A stretch of 64,000 bases of DNA, taken from positions 16,432,001-16,496,000 of the forward strand of contig NC_087251.1 of the NCBI RefSeq assembly GCF_037042905.1, in the 5' to 3' direction. A model generated the notes under the pieces. It saw nothing but the letters and a program-made list of their open reading frames with translations. It did not search any database and was not told where the DNA came from. Shown here one piece after another: positions 26,601 through 38,600 of this stretch. This stretch comes from Lytechinus pictus (lineage: Eukaryota). How positions within the stretch are numbered: position 1 is the stretch's first letter; every line of letters begins with the position of its first letter. The position numbers and the translations under genes were made by a program.

Positions 26601-29600
26601 AATTATTACATTCATTAAATACCTATATTATTGCTCTATTTTATCACGGAAAAGAAACTTGCATAACTTTTCTATTTTCATGATATTGAGGGGTAAAACA
26701 TATATTATGACTTGATCGGTTAACCGTTATAAGGTCGAGCTTTCTTATTGACGCCCTCTCGGGTTAAAAAATAAATTGATATTAGAACACCGTTCGAATC
26801 ATGCATATTCATTACGACTCATGCATATTGATGAGTACGTCATGGCGCATGCGCAGTATCAAGAAATCCCCGTGCAGTACAACAAAGTGCAGTACTGTGT
26901 GTGTGCATAGTAGCTGAGTAGAAAGCAAACAGCGAACGGTGCGTGCAAGCTCAATGATCCGATGCTAGCCGAGCCGGCTAGCGACATGCTTGCGCTCTGC
27001 ATTAGTTTCAGATATAATGCACTATTAGCGATAGCACACACAGGATAAGAATATATTGAGCTGTAGCTCCATGATTGTATCGTACGTGAAAAGGGATTCA
27101 GACACGCTGATTATCTGACGTGAATGACGAAGCAAATGGTTGCCCAATACGGCTTACTTTCGGAATCTTATGTCATGAATCTGAAAGTACTCCAAGACCA
27201 TGGACCTATTACGAATAGGTCCATGCCAAGACTAAAAGAGATACGAGAATCCCAGAGATGGGCAAGGGCCGAGTTCCGAGTTTGATCTTTATTCTGTGGA
27301 TTGTAGCTCTTTTATGCACCTTTTCCCTTCATACATAGCTTGGCGTGCTATATACGGGAACTAGAGCGAGGTGCTAGCGCAGCTTACTGTATACTGACTC
27401 CTTGGCCCTTCCCAAAGGAAAGGGGGAGGGGGGAGAGAGAAGAAAGAAAGAAGTGGATTGGTGAAAGAGAATCAGGAGAGCCATCATAAATACAACATAC
27501 CCTGATTTAATATCTTTCCTAAATGTTTCAGTCAGTTTCAGATTATTTGGCTCCACTCGCAAAGTACAGAGGAGAAATTGGAAAAAAAAGTTAAAACAAA
27601 AGTATTTAAAACTCTGAACAGACGGCCACCACCATTCTGTCTACAGGCACAGCCAAGCATGAAGAAAGGGAAAGGGCGAAGAGAAAAACGATTACTTTCA
27701 GGGCGGGTTCTACGATATAAAACAGGGTTTATTTCATACGGGGTTAAATATAGGCCTATAGTAAAACAACGAAGATTCAACCCCAATGCAGGGTTAAATA
27801 TAGGCCTATAGTAAAACATAACGAAGATGCAAACCCAATGCAACACTAGACTACTCTTCGTTTGTTTAGATTGAACTCGCGAGGTCAAAAGGTGAGCTGA
27901 GAAACCTGTTGATGCGAAGTACGTACGTGTAGTCTACATTGTGTAGACCGTGATAGCACGCATCAAGTTGCAAATTTCGAACAAGCAGAGTAGAGGCGTC
28001 ATGAGCCAAAAAAAAATGAGGGGGCAGACATGACCGTACCGGCACCCCCACGCGCACACATAACCAACACACACACGCCCTCCACTGATTCACTTACCCC
28101 CAGTGATTCACCTAACCCACTGATTCACTTTCCCCGAAAAAAAAAAGTTGTTTCGTGTGACTATTCAGGGGTGTGTGTATGCGTGTTATGGGGATGTAGT
28201 GTGTTGTGTTTGGTAGTCGTATCGTACAAAATACCAACAGTCCAGGAGGTGGACTAGCTAGCGATATGCTTGCGCTCTGCATGCACGTACGTCTACTTTA
28301 GACATGATCCACTATTAGCGACAGCACACACTGGACAAGCATATTATATGGAGCTATATAGCTCCATGATTGTATTGTACGTGAATAAGGATTCAGACAC
28401 TTGGATTATCGAACGTGAATGACGAAGCAAAGGATTGCCCAATACGGCTTACTTTCGGAATATAATGTCATGAATCTGAAAGTACTCCAAGACTAAAAGA
28501 GATACGAGAATCCCAAAGAAGGGCAAGGGCCTAGTTTGATTTGACGGCCACCTCGCTCTTTGCGCTCGCATCAATATTGTTAGGTAGATGACAATCAGAG
28601 ATATCTATGATGACAATCCTGTTCATGATAACCAAAAGTGCTTAGAATGTCAGAATTTTAGTTCAGAATATCAATCACTTTTTAAGCCCAAGTGATTGAT
28701 ATTCTGACCTAAAATTTTGACATTCTAAGCACATGTGGTAATCATGAACAGGAATGTCATCTAATTTTAACTAAACAATATTGAAGCGCGTATAAAAAGG
28801 GCGAGATGAAAAATTGTCATATGTATATATATAGACGGCCACCCCCATTCTGTCTAGGGCCGAGTATGAAGAAAGGGAAGGGCGAAGAGAAAAACGATTA
28901 TTTTCAGGGCGGGATACAAAATAGTAAAACATAGAAGGAAAATAAAAGTTGATGGGACCATGGAGGACACACAGTATTGACATGAAAGTAGGATTATTCT
29001 TCGTTGTTTAGACTGAACTTGCGAGGTCAAAAGGTGAGCTGAGAAACCTGTTGATGCGAAGTATGTAGCGTAGTCTACATCGTGTAGACCATGACAGTGT
29101 GTGTATCCGACCATTGTCAAGTTGCAAATTTAGAATACAGTGTTATTTGGTCAATGGGGGTCAATCTTTACAAGCAGAGCAGAGGCGTCATGAGCCAAAG
29201 CAAAAAAATTAGGGGGGGGGGTAGACGTAAGGGGCAAGATTTCTCGGAAAACTCTTATTCTTGCAGCCACACAAGAAAGCTTGTAGCTAGATGTGGAGTA
29301 ATGAGAAGTTGAGTATATTCAATATGGTCTATGGTAGAACCGTTGCGCTCTAGGTATGCAGAGGGGTGAATTTCGGAGCCGACCCCGGGGGCCGACCGGC
29401 ATGTTTTACAACAGAACTTTACAAGTCATGCCGTTTGAAACAGGGCAACGAAGTACGTGAAAGAAGACTAAGCAAACTTGGAGAAGCAACGTCCGAGGGG
29501 ATAGTAATTTACGTCTGCTTTGAAACGTGTATCAATAAGGATTTCCAGAGAATGGATCGCAGAGTATTTCTCCAGTATGGGGAGGGTGGGGGTAGCCTAT

Positions 29601-29682
29601 AGGCCTAATCAATCCATCAGTGGATGGATGGATGGATGACTGAAAGAATGAATAGATGGATGAATAGGCATATATATGAATG

Positions 29683-30461
29683 CGTATCCGGACATCTACC
29701 CCCTGGACATCCACCCCCCGGACATCCACCAACCGGACATCCACCCCCCGGACATCCACCCCCTTAGGACATCTACCCCCTAGGACAAGTACCCCCTAGG
29801 ACATTTACCCCCCGGACATTTACCCCCCGGACAAGTACCCCCCGGACATCTACCCCCCGGACATCTACCCCCGGACATCTACCCCCCGGACATCTACCCC
29901 CCGGACATCTACCCCCCGGACATCTACCCCCCGGACATCTACCCCCCGGACATCTACCCCCCAGACATCTACCCCCCGGACATCTACCCCCGGACATCTA
30001 ACCCCCGGACAAGTACCCCCCGGACATCTACCCCCCGGACATCTACCCCCGGACATCTACCCCCCGGACAATAACCCCCCGGACATCTACCCCCCGGACA
30101 TCTACCCCCCGGACATCTACCCCCCGGACATCTACCCCCCGGACATTTACCCCCCCGGACATCTACCCCCCGGACATTTACCCCCCCGGACATCTACCCC
30201 CCGGACATTTACCCCCCCCCCCCCCCAGACAGGCTACCCCCGGGCATCTACTCACGGATATTTTGGATACGGGGGGTAAATGTCCAAGGGGTAGATGTCC
30301 GGGGGGTAAATGTCCGGGTGGTAGATGTCCGGGGGGTAGATGTCCTAGGGGGTACTTGTCCTAGGGGGTACTTGTCCTAAGGGGGTGGATGTCCGGGGGG
30401 TGGATGTCCGGGTGGTAGATGTCCGGGGGGTGGATGTCCAGGGGGTAGATGTCCTAGAATC
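29683..30461. mobile_element. Foldback element with 14-15 bp minisatellite arms (GGACATCTACCCCCC)n, Mutator/Foldback-like
   Basis: Forward array then inverted array; 9-bp TSD ATATGAATG at 29674-29682 and 30462-30470. Confidence 0.9.
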
Positions 30462-32587
30462 ATATGAATGGATGGACAAAGACAAATGGATACCAATGAC
30501 GAATAATAGATAGGGGCGCCCCATGGGAGCTGTTGTTGAATGGGCTACCCCTTATTAAATAAACGATAAACAATTAAAAATAGATGGAAAGATGAACTTT
30601 TATTGCAACAAATGAGAGGAAGATAGGCCTCCGGGATACACGCATACAGTGTGTGCACGAGCATGGACCTATTCGTAATAGGTCCATGGCACGAGCAGTT
30701 CAACTGTTGAAAAAATGTGAATGACTGTGGTGCGTGGCGACGTGAGCAGGACAAAGACATCACTCACATCTTGATTGGCATAACGTAGACTTATTTAGCA
30801 ATGAAAGTGGAACCGGGAATTGGGACTCCCATTTTCCTGCTATAAATATAGGAAAAACGAATGATAACTGTTGTTTTATAGCCGAGGAAATGTATTCTTC
30901 ATATTGGGATTGGGACCAAGGAGATCCCGGCGTGTCAAAATTTCACAACTCATGGGGAAAATAATATAATAATCATTTTTTATGATTGAAAAAAAAATGT
31001 GCTCAGTTCACACTGTCACGATTTTTTTTTTGGTGGGGTTACCTGCAGAAAATAATTTGACAAAGCAAAAGAAAAACATCGTTGGTCATTCCATACATTT
31101 CTCAAATTTGACACCTATCAGAATTCCAGGGGGTGCTGCCCATGGAAAATAATACATGCCGCATCCCCAGCTCCCCCCCCCCCCCCCCCCCCCGCTTCCA
31201 AGAGGCATATAATCGAGGAATAATTAATCGTATCAGCAAGTATCAGATCAGTCAAGGCGATCGTATTGATCGTAGAAAGTGTTGGAATATGGTTCAACTA
31301 TTTTGGAGATCAGTTATGAAAGGCCAATCGTGCATGGTGTTCGTGACGGATTGCACTATTGTAGGAATAAGAATATTTTGGGGCGGGAAAGTCGCCTACT
31401 TCCAAGCGGTGATGACTTTCGGGGAAAAAAAGAAATTTGTGTTTGAAATTTTTGGGCAAGCCCATTCTGGCGAGGTTCAATGGGTATACGCCTATTCTGA
31501 TGTATTTAATTTATGGTGATGTGATGCAAATATGTTGCCGATAAAAATATAATATTTTGCCTTTATGTGTGTTTTACAACTCACAGGGGGGGGGGGAGGG
31601 GTCAAGGAGAATACAGTAATAGCTCTGAATACTGACTGAGAGACACTCCGATCTGCAAAAGTGAAGGCAAAGCTGTCATGGGGCAAGCAAACAAGTAATA
31701 CTTTCTTGAATAGGCATACCATAATAAAGTTTGTGAGAATAATATTGAAATAAAGAGAAAAATAACATTGAGAATGCGAACATAAGGAATACACACAACC
31801 TAAGGTTAGGAATTGTATAAACAGCGAAAAATACAGAAAGATGTTATGAACATGCTTTCACTATTCATGAATGTATAATGCAATGATATAAAGGGAAAAT
31901 GTTTTAAGTTGAATTTAATTTTAACCAGTGGCGTAAATAATGAACATAACAAATGAAGGGGCCAGATATACATATAGGGCACAAATCTTGATTTTTTTTG
32001 TTGTAATCTATGATAGATTTTGACATGATATTCAGATAATAGTTTCCCTTATCTCTTTCCTTTTTTTTCTTGGCCGTGGCAAATTTGGGAATCCATACAG
32101 CCCCAAGCCTTATTTTGAACGCCACTGATTTCAACTGAATATCATCAGAAAAATATTTACAAGGTAGTCAAGTGGCAGCCGACGCAGCGTGTAAAAACAG
32201 TATGAATTTCATTGCATGATAATAATAAAATGATAAATAATGTCATGTGTGGTTAGCGGAAACGAGGATAGGACGTTTTGTAATTCGCTATGCAGTAAAA
32301 TAATGAGAATGACTGAAACGATATATATTCAAAATATAAATTTCATGAGAGAGAAACGATTCAAACAATAACAGAGTATAATATTATGTTGCGTTCAAAT
32401 TCCCTTTTGATCGTTCTTTTGATTCCCTTTCAACAATCTATTTCTTTCTTCCTTTCTTCTCTCTCCCCCTTCCCTTTATTGGGGCGGCCGAGCTAAGGAT
32501 GGAGGGGGTATCGGATATAAGGAAGCAGTTTAGGTGTTATGGCACATGACAAGTTCAATTCAGTGGCCTAGTACTAGTAGGTCCATT

Positions 32588-32890
32588 GGTAAATTGCCAA
32601 TTCGTCAACTGCCAACTCATCCATTCACCACATGGTCTACATTCATTTAGTCCATGCAATGCCAATCCGTCCATCAACATTTCATCGAACAACCATTTGG
32701 TCCAGTTAGTCCAGTATCCAATTCATTTTCATTCATTTTGCACAATAACACGTCCAATAACCAAATTGTATATGGACTAAATGACTATTGGATCAGATGG
32801 TTATTAGACGGAATGCTGTGGATAATGAACGAACTGATGGTAGACCAAATAATGATAGTAGACGAGTTGGCATCAGACGAAATGGAAGTA
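32588..32890. mobile_element. Foldback repeat, copy 2
   Basis: Shares GGTAAATTGCCAA...CCACATGGTCTA...GTAGACGAGTTGG with 4041-4430. Confidence 0.7.
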
Positions 32891-33399
32891 AACCGATCCG
32901 ATCAGTGGACTAGCGCCTAGTATCACGCCGGTATAGATAAGGAGGTACAATGTTGGAAACGATGCCCAACGGACATGCCCGTATCCAGGATCCATGATTG
33001 AGCCCGACTATTTTGGCGCCCCTGTGAACTTTTCGGAAAATGGCACCCCGACCCGCCCAGCACGGCTATCATAGGTGCCTTAAATGCAGTTTGAATTATC
33101 GTATTTCATAATCACGTGAAAAAGGCATCGAAGACCACTTTTTAATGTGTTCATGAAAAAAACCATCCATGAATATGTTTTAACCACCTTTTGAAAAAAA
33201 TAAATGCGACCAGAAAGCACAGAATTTTAAACATTTTTGGGTTTCAATTTAGTTCAACTTCTCATCAGAGTGGTAGACCATACTAAAATTATGTGCGGGA
33301 GCTGTAATTTCTTAACCGGGGGCGGATCCAGCTTTCGCCAATAGGGGAGGGGATATTTTCATCTCTTTTCCGATCGAACATTCTGAGTTTTATTGCAAC

Positions 33400-34875
33400 C
33401 GTGAACATGATGGGTATATGTATTATCTAAACAATATTGATGCGAGCGAAAAGAGCGATATGAAAATTGTTCATATTCTTACCTAGAATTTGGAAAAATC
33501 TATGAGCACTTTTGGTAATCAAGAACAGGGTGGGTATCTATCAACATTTTATGCGATCGCGAAGTGGAAGCTGACAATTTTTGAATTTCCAACCCAACAC
33601 TGGACATTATAAGTACTTTTCACATGTGTTTTATAATCATGAACAGGATGGGTATCTAATTAAATAATTAATGCGAGCGCGAAGCGCGAGTTGAAAATTT
33701 TTGATTTTCTGACATAAAATTTGGACATTCTAAGCACTATTGGGTAATCATGAACAGGATGGGTATCTAACAAATCATTTAATACGAGCGCGAGGCGCGA
33801 GCTTAATTTTTTTGATATTCCAACACAAAACTGGACATTCTAATTTGTAATCATGGAAAGGATGGGTATCTATTTAAACAATTGTTTGTGCGAGCGCGAG
33901 GCGCGAGCTTAAAAGTGATTGATATTCTGAACTAAAATTTTGACATTGACTAAGCACTTTTGGTAATCATGAACAGGATTGTCATCTAACTAAACAATAT
34001 TGATGCGAGCGCAAAGAGCGAGATGAAAATTTTTCATATTCTTACCTAAAATTTGGATAAATCTATGAGCACTTTTGGTAATCAAGAACAGGGTGGGTAT
34101 CTGTCAACATTTTATGCGATCGCGAAGTGCGAGCTGACAATTTTTGAATTTCCAACCCAACACTGGACATGATAAGCACTTTTTATAACCATGAACAGGA
34201 TAGGTATCTAGCTAAATAATTAATGCGAGCGCGAAGCGTGCGTTAAATTTTTTTGATATTCTGACCTAAAATTTGGACATTCTAAGCATTATTGGGTAAT
34301 CATGAAAAGGATGGGTATCTAACAAATCATTTAATGCGAGCGTGAGGCGCGAGCGTAAAATTTTTGGTATTCCGACCCAAAACTGGAAATTCTAAGCATA
34401 TTTTATAGCCATGGAAAGGATGGGTATCTATTTAAACAATTGTGCGAGCGCGGAGCGCGAGCTTAAAAAGTTATTGATATTCTGGCCTATAATTTTGACA
34501 TTGACTAAGCACTTTTGGTAATCATGAACAGGATTGTCATCTAACTAAACAATATTGATGCGAGCGCAAAGAGCGAGATGAAAATTTGTCATATTCTTAC
34601 CGAATATTTGGACATTCGAGTAAGCATTTTCGATTATCATGAACAAGATGAGCACTAACAAAACAGTTTATGCGAGCGTGAAGCGCAAGCTGATTTTTTT
34701 TTATATTTCGATCCAAAGTCGGACATTCTAAGCACTTATCTAACCATGAACAGGATCGTCACCTTACTAAACAATTAATGCGAGAACGTAGAGTAGGATG
34801 ATTTTTTTTGTATTCTGATCTAAAATTATAGGCACTTTTGGTAATCATGAACAGGATGAGTATTTGATGCGAGCA
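33400..34875 (+). repeat. Tandem array of ~110-120 bp units (core GCGAGCGCGAAGCGCGAGC, CATGAACAGGAT)
   Basis: About 12-13 diverged units; related units at 28550-28820, 36500-36850 and 63720-64000. Confidence 0.9.
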
Positions 34876-34884
34876 AACATGAAT

Positions 34885-35640
34885 TTGGCGCCCACCCCCC
34901 TCCCTTGGTTAATTGAACCTGAATTTGGCGCACCGGGACAAACATAAAATAGGCGCCCTCGTGTGGTGAACATCCATTAGGCACCCCCTAGGTTGAACAT
35001 CAATTCGGCACCCCCCTATGTCAAACATCGATTCGGCAACCCTATGAAAAAAATCGATTCGGCGCCCCAGCCCCTAGGTTGAACATCAATTCGGCGCCCC
35101 CTCGGTGCCCCTATGTCGAATTTCAATGCAGCCCCCTCTTATGTCGAACATCTATACGGCGCCCTGAGGTAAAACATTAATTCGCCCCCCCCCCCCTCCA
35201 CCTAGGTTGAACATCAATTTGCCACCCCCTATGTTGAACATCAATTCGGTGCCCCCCTATGTCAAACATCTATTCGGCAACACTATGGAAAATATCGATT
35301 CGGCGCCCCAGCCCCTAGTTTGAACATCAATTCGGCGCCCCCTCGGTGCCCCTATGCCGAACTTCAATGCAGCTCCTCCTATGTGGAACATCTATACGGC
35401 GCCCCGAGGTAAAACATTAATTCGCCTCCCCTCCCCCCCACCTAGGCTGAACATCAATTGGCACCCCCTAGGTCGAACATCAATTCGGCGCCTCCCTAAT
35501 TCGGACATCAAGTCGATGCCCCCAATGTCGAACATCAATTCGGCTCCCCTATCTATGTTGGACTTAAATTCGGCGCCCCTATAGGTCGATTATCAATTGG
35601 GCACCCCCCTCCCTAGGGCGAACATCAATTCGGCGCTCCC
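34885..35640 (+). repeat. ~28-35 bp minisatellite (AACATCAATTCGGCGCCCCC)
   Basis: Many diverged units with a ~240 bp block repeated (about 34990-35230 and 35230-35470). Confidence 0.85.
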
Positions 35641-38600
35641 CTTTCCCTCTTTTGTTTTCCTCCTCTCTTTCTTTCCCCCTTTTCTCTTTCTATTGTTCTT
35701 TCCCTCATTTTTTCTCCCCTTTTCTCCCTATTTTTGGCGCCCCTTTTTCGCCTACCCGGGGGGGGGGCGTGCCCCGAGGGCCCTCGAATACGCGCATGGT
35801 GGAGCTACGGATATAGAGAAATAAGGACAAAGATGTAATGCAAATATAAGAACTCTTGAAATATTTTACATTTTCTAGGCAAACAAGAATCCAAAGCGTA
35901 TAAATAATGCGCGGCTGAATAGACCTCCGTTTGCATCCTGTTTGATATGCTCGCGTTTAAATAAAATTTCCTGCAAGTTCCATTGCAGGCTAAATAAAGG
36001 GCAGAAGTAAAAGTTTTTTCTTTGAGAGGGGGGAATGACGATAAATAAAAATACCAGCAAGTGCGATGGGTGATAATCAGGGGCGGCGGAACGTATTTTC
36101 ATTTGGGGGGCAAAAGAGGGCATTAATATGTGTTTTTTATGCAATTGAAATTTTCACCATGAGATTATCATCTGCGTTAAGTAGTTGTGCGTTTTATACT
36201 AATTAAGTTGAGCAAAGCCTTTTTGAAGTCTTTTCTGATTGATTAAATATGTAATCAGGCTTTATTTTTCCGGGAGCGAGCGTAGCAAGCAAGCGGTTGG
36301 AAACATTTTCAAATCTGAAGTTGTGAAACTCGCTTTTTGGTCAATTATTACCGCGCAAATTATTGTTAAAAGAGCATCCTTGCGAGATGTTGTAAGCGCA
36401 AATCGCGGGCTCAAAATTTTGGACATTGCATGTACTAATAAGACCTGAAAATCAAGCATTCCGAGCAATTGTTTTTGTTGTCATGAAAAAGATGTGTATG
36501 TAACTGAATAATGGACGCGAGTGTGATATTCCAACCTGAAAATCTAAGCACTTTTTTAAACCAATAAATAATAATTGATGCGAGCGCGAGCCGAAAATTT
36601 GTGATATTTCAACCTGATGGACATTCTAAGTTTTGAATCCAAGAATAAACAATAATTGATGCAAGCGGAAAGCGCGAGCTGAAAATTTGTGATATTCAAA
36701 CTTGAAAATTGAACATTGTAAGCAGAAGTTGTAACCAAAACACTTGCACCCCTCTCCCAAAAAAAATCCCAGTAGGGAAAAAATGGAAAGTGCCCTTCTT
36801 TCAAAATGATGTGAGTGCGAAGCGCGAGCCAAAATTTTTGTGATTTTCTAACCTAAAATGTATTGTTTGACTTCAAAAAAGGTATTTTATTTTGAAAAGG
36901 GGCACACATCATTTGAAAGAAGGGCACTTTCCATTTTGAAAAAAAAAGATTTTTTTTCCTACTGGGATTTTTTTTTTTGGGGGGTGCAAGTGCTCTCTGC
37001 CCCCCCCCCCCTCCCCCCCCCCCCCCCCGGTGCTAATATGGCCTTGGGTTAAAATTTTTAATGTAAGTTGAAACTGGTATTAACAAAACATGTTGGTTTG
37101 ACTGCATCAAATTTTGATAACGATGGTTTTCTTTAAAATATATATTTTTTACCATTTCGATCCATTACATGTTTGCATTTATTTTGTTATTGTCCGTTGA
37201 CATGCCCAGCGCTTAGAAGTCGTGCCAAAACGTGATTTTGCATAGAGCACATTCGCTGAACCATCATCGGAACTTCGGAATAACAAATAAATGGAAGACC
37301 CCTTCCCCAAATAATTCCGCCTAGCTGTATGTCCTCGATATATCTCTCCATGATACGTACGCAATTTTATTCGCCAAGCCCAGAGGACCAAGGAGGAGTG
37401 GGGTGAAGGGGGAGGCACCTAGGATACGTCATCATCAATTTCACTGAGAAAACCGTACTAAAGTTTTGGTCACAAAGTTGGACTAAGTCAAACGTGATAC
37501 TTGTTTAGTATATACTACCATAACAAGTTGAAAAGAAAAATACAAATAGAAACTTTCGGGGGGGGGGGGTTAATCGATGTTACATAAACATCAATTGCTT
37601 ATAATATACAGGCCTGACGTACCGGTATCATAGGCGGATCCAGGAGGCCAACGGGGCGCCCCCACCCCCGGTGCATAATAGGGGGAAAGAAAGGGAAACA
37701 AAAGCAGAGGGTGGGGGGAGAAGAAAAAATATAAGGAGGAAGAATGAATAAAATGAGGTGAGGGTAATTCAGACTTGGGGGGGGGGAACCATGTCACTGC
37801 ATAAAACAATTAGCCCGCGCTTCGTGTTCGCATTGCCTCAGGTTCGATGGAATATCTATTTATCAATACCTATTGATTTATTCATTCATTCAGTCATATT
37901 TAAAAAGGTTCACAAGATCAGAGTTGTAATTACTGTTTTTTTTTTCATCTTGGTCCTTGTATAATAAAACATAGTAAAATAGCGATTACAATAAAAAGGT
38001 ATTATTCATATCAAATTAAAGAAATATCAGCTAATCGATATAAACAAAAACAGGCCTTAGTAAAACAAACAAGGGAACTACCATATACTAATTCAAATGC
38101 TTGAGCGCAGTTAGCCCAGCTAAAGCCGGGGTATCAGCATGGCCCGCTGGGAGAACAGTTTACGGAACTGAAGTCGCTATACCCGGTGCACCATAGGCCC
38201 TACGTACCGTTATGATCAGAGGCAGATTTAGGATTTTTCAAAGGGGGGGGGGGGCACATTTTCCCGAGGAAAATTTGACAAGCAAAAAAAAATGATTATA
38301 TCGATAGATTTTTACATAAGAAATATTGATTGTGCCTCTGAAGGGGGGGGGGGGGGCGGGGGCACAGCCGGCACGTGCTGCATGGATCCGTCAATTTTCA
38401 GGACACAATACACGATTTCCGAAAATTTTACCTCGCGCTCGCATTTTTTATAGGGCTTATGAGTAACTGTTACGACTATATAGATACAAAAAAAAATAGC
38501 TTTGAGCTGCGGATCGATCGGGGAAAATATTTTTCAACCCCCCTCCCTCTTTATTAGTGAAAGCTAGCTGGATCCGCCCCTGGATATTGTAAAAAAAAAC

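Noticed and set aside
27269..27282. CCGAGTT tandem 7-bp duplication absent from the sister copy
   Set aside because: Could be a clean excision footprint but cannot be told from slippage.
29532..30193. ORFs of GGRCP / VDVRG repeats
   Set aside because: Translations of the minisatellite arms of a foldback element; no splice or coding signal.
33400..35640. CRISPR-like appearance of regularly spaced palindromic motifs
   Set aside because: Spacers are homologous to each other, repeats are degenerate, no cas genes, eukaryotic intron context.
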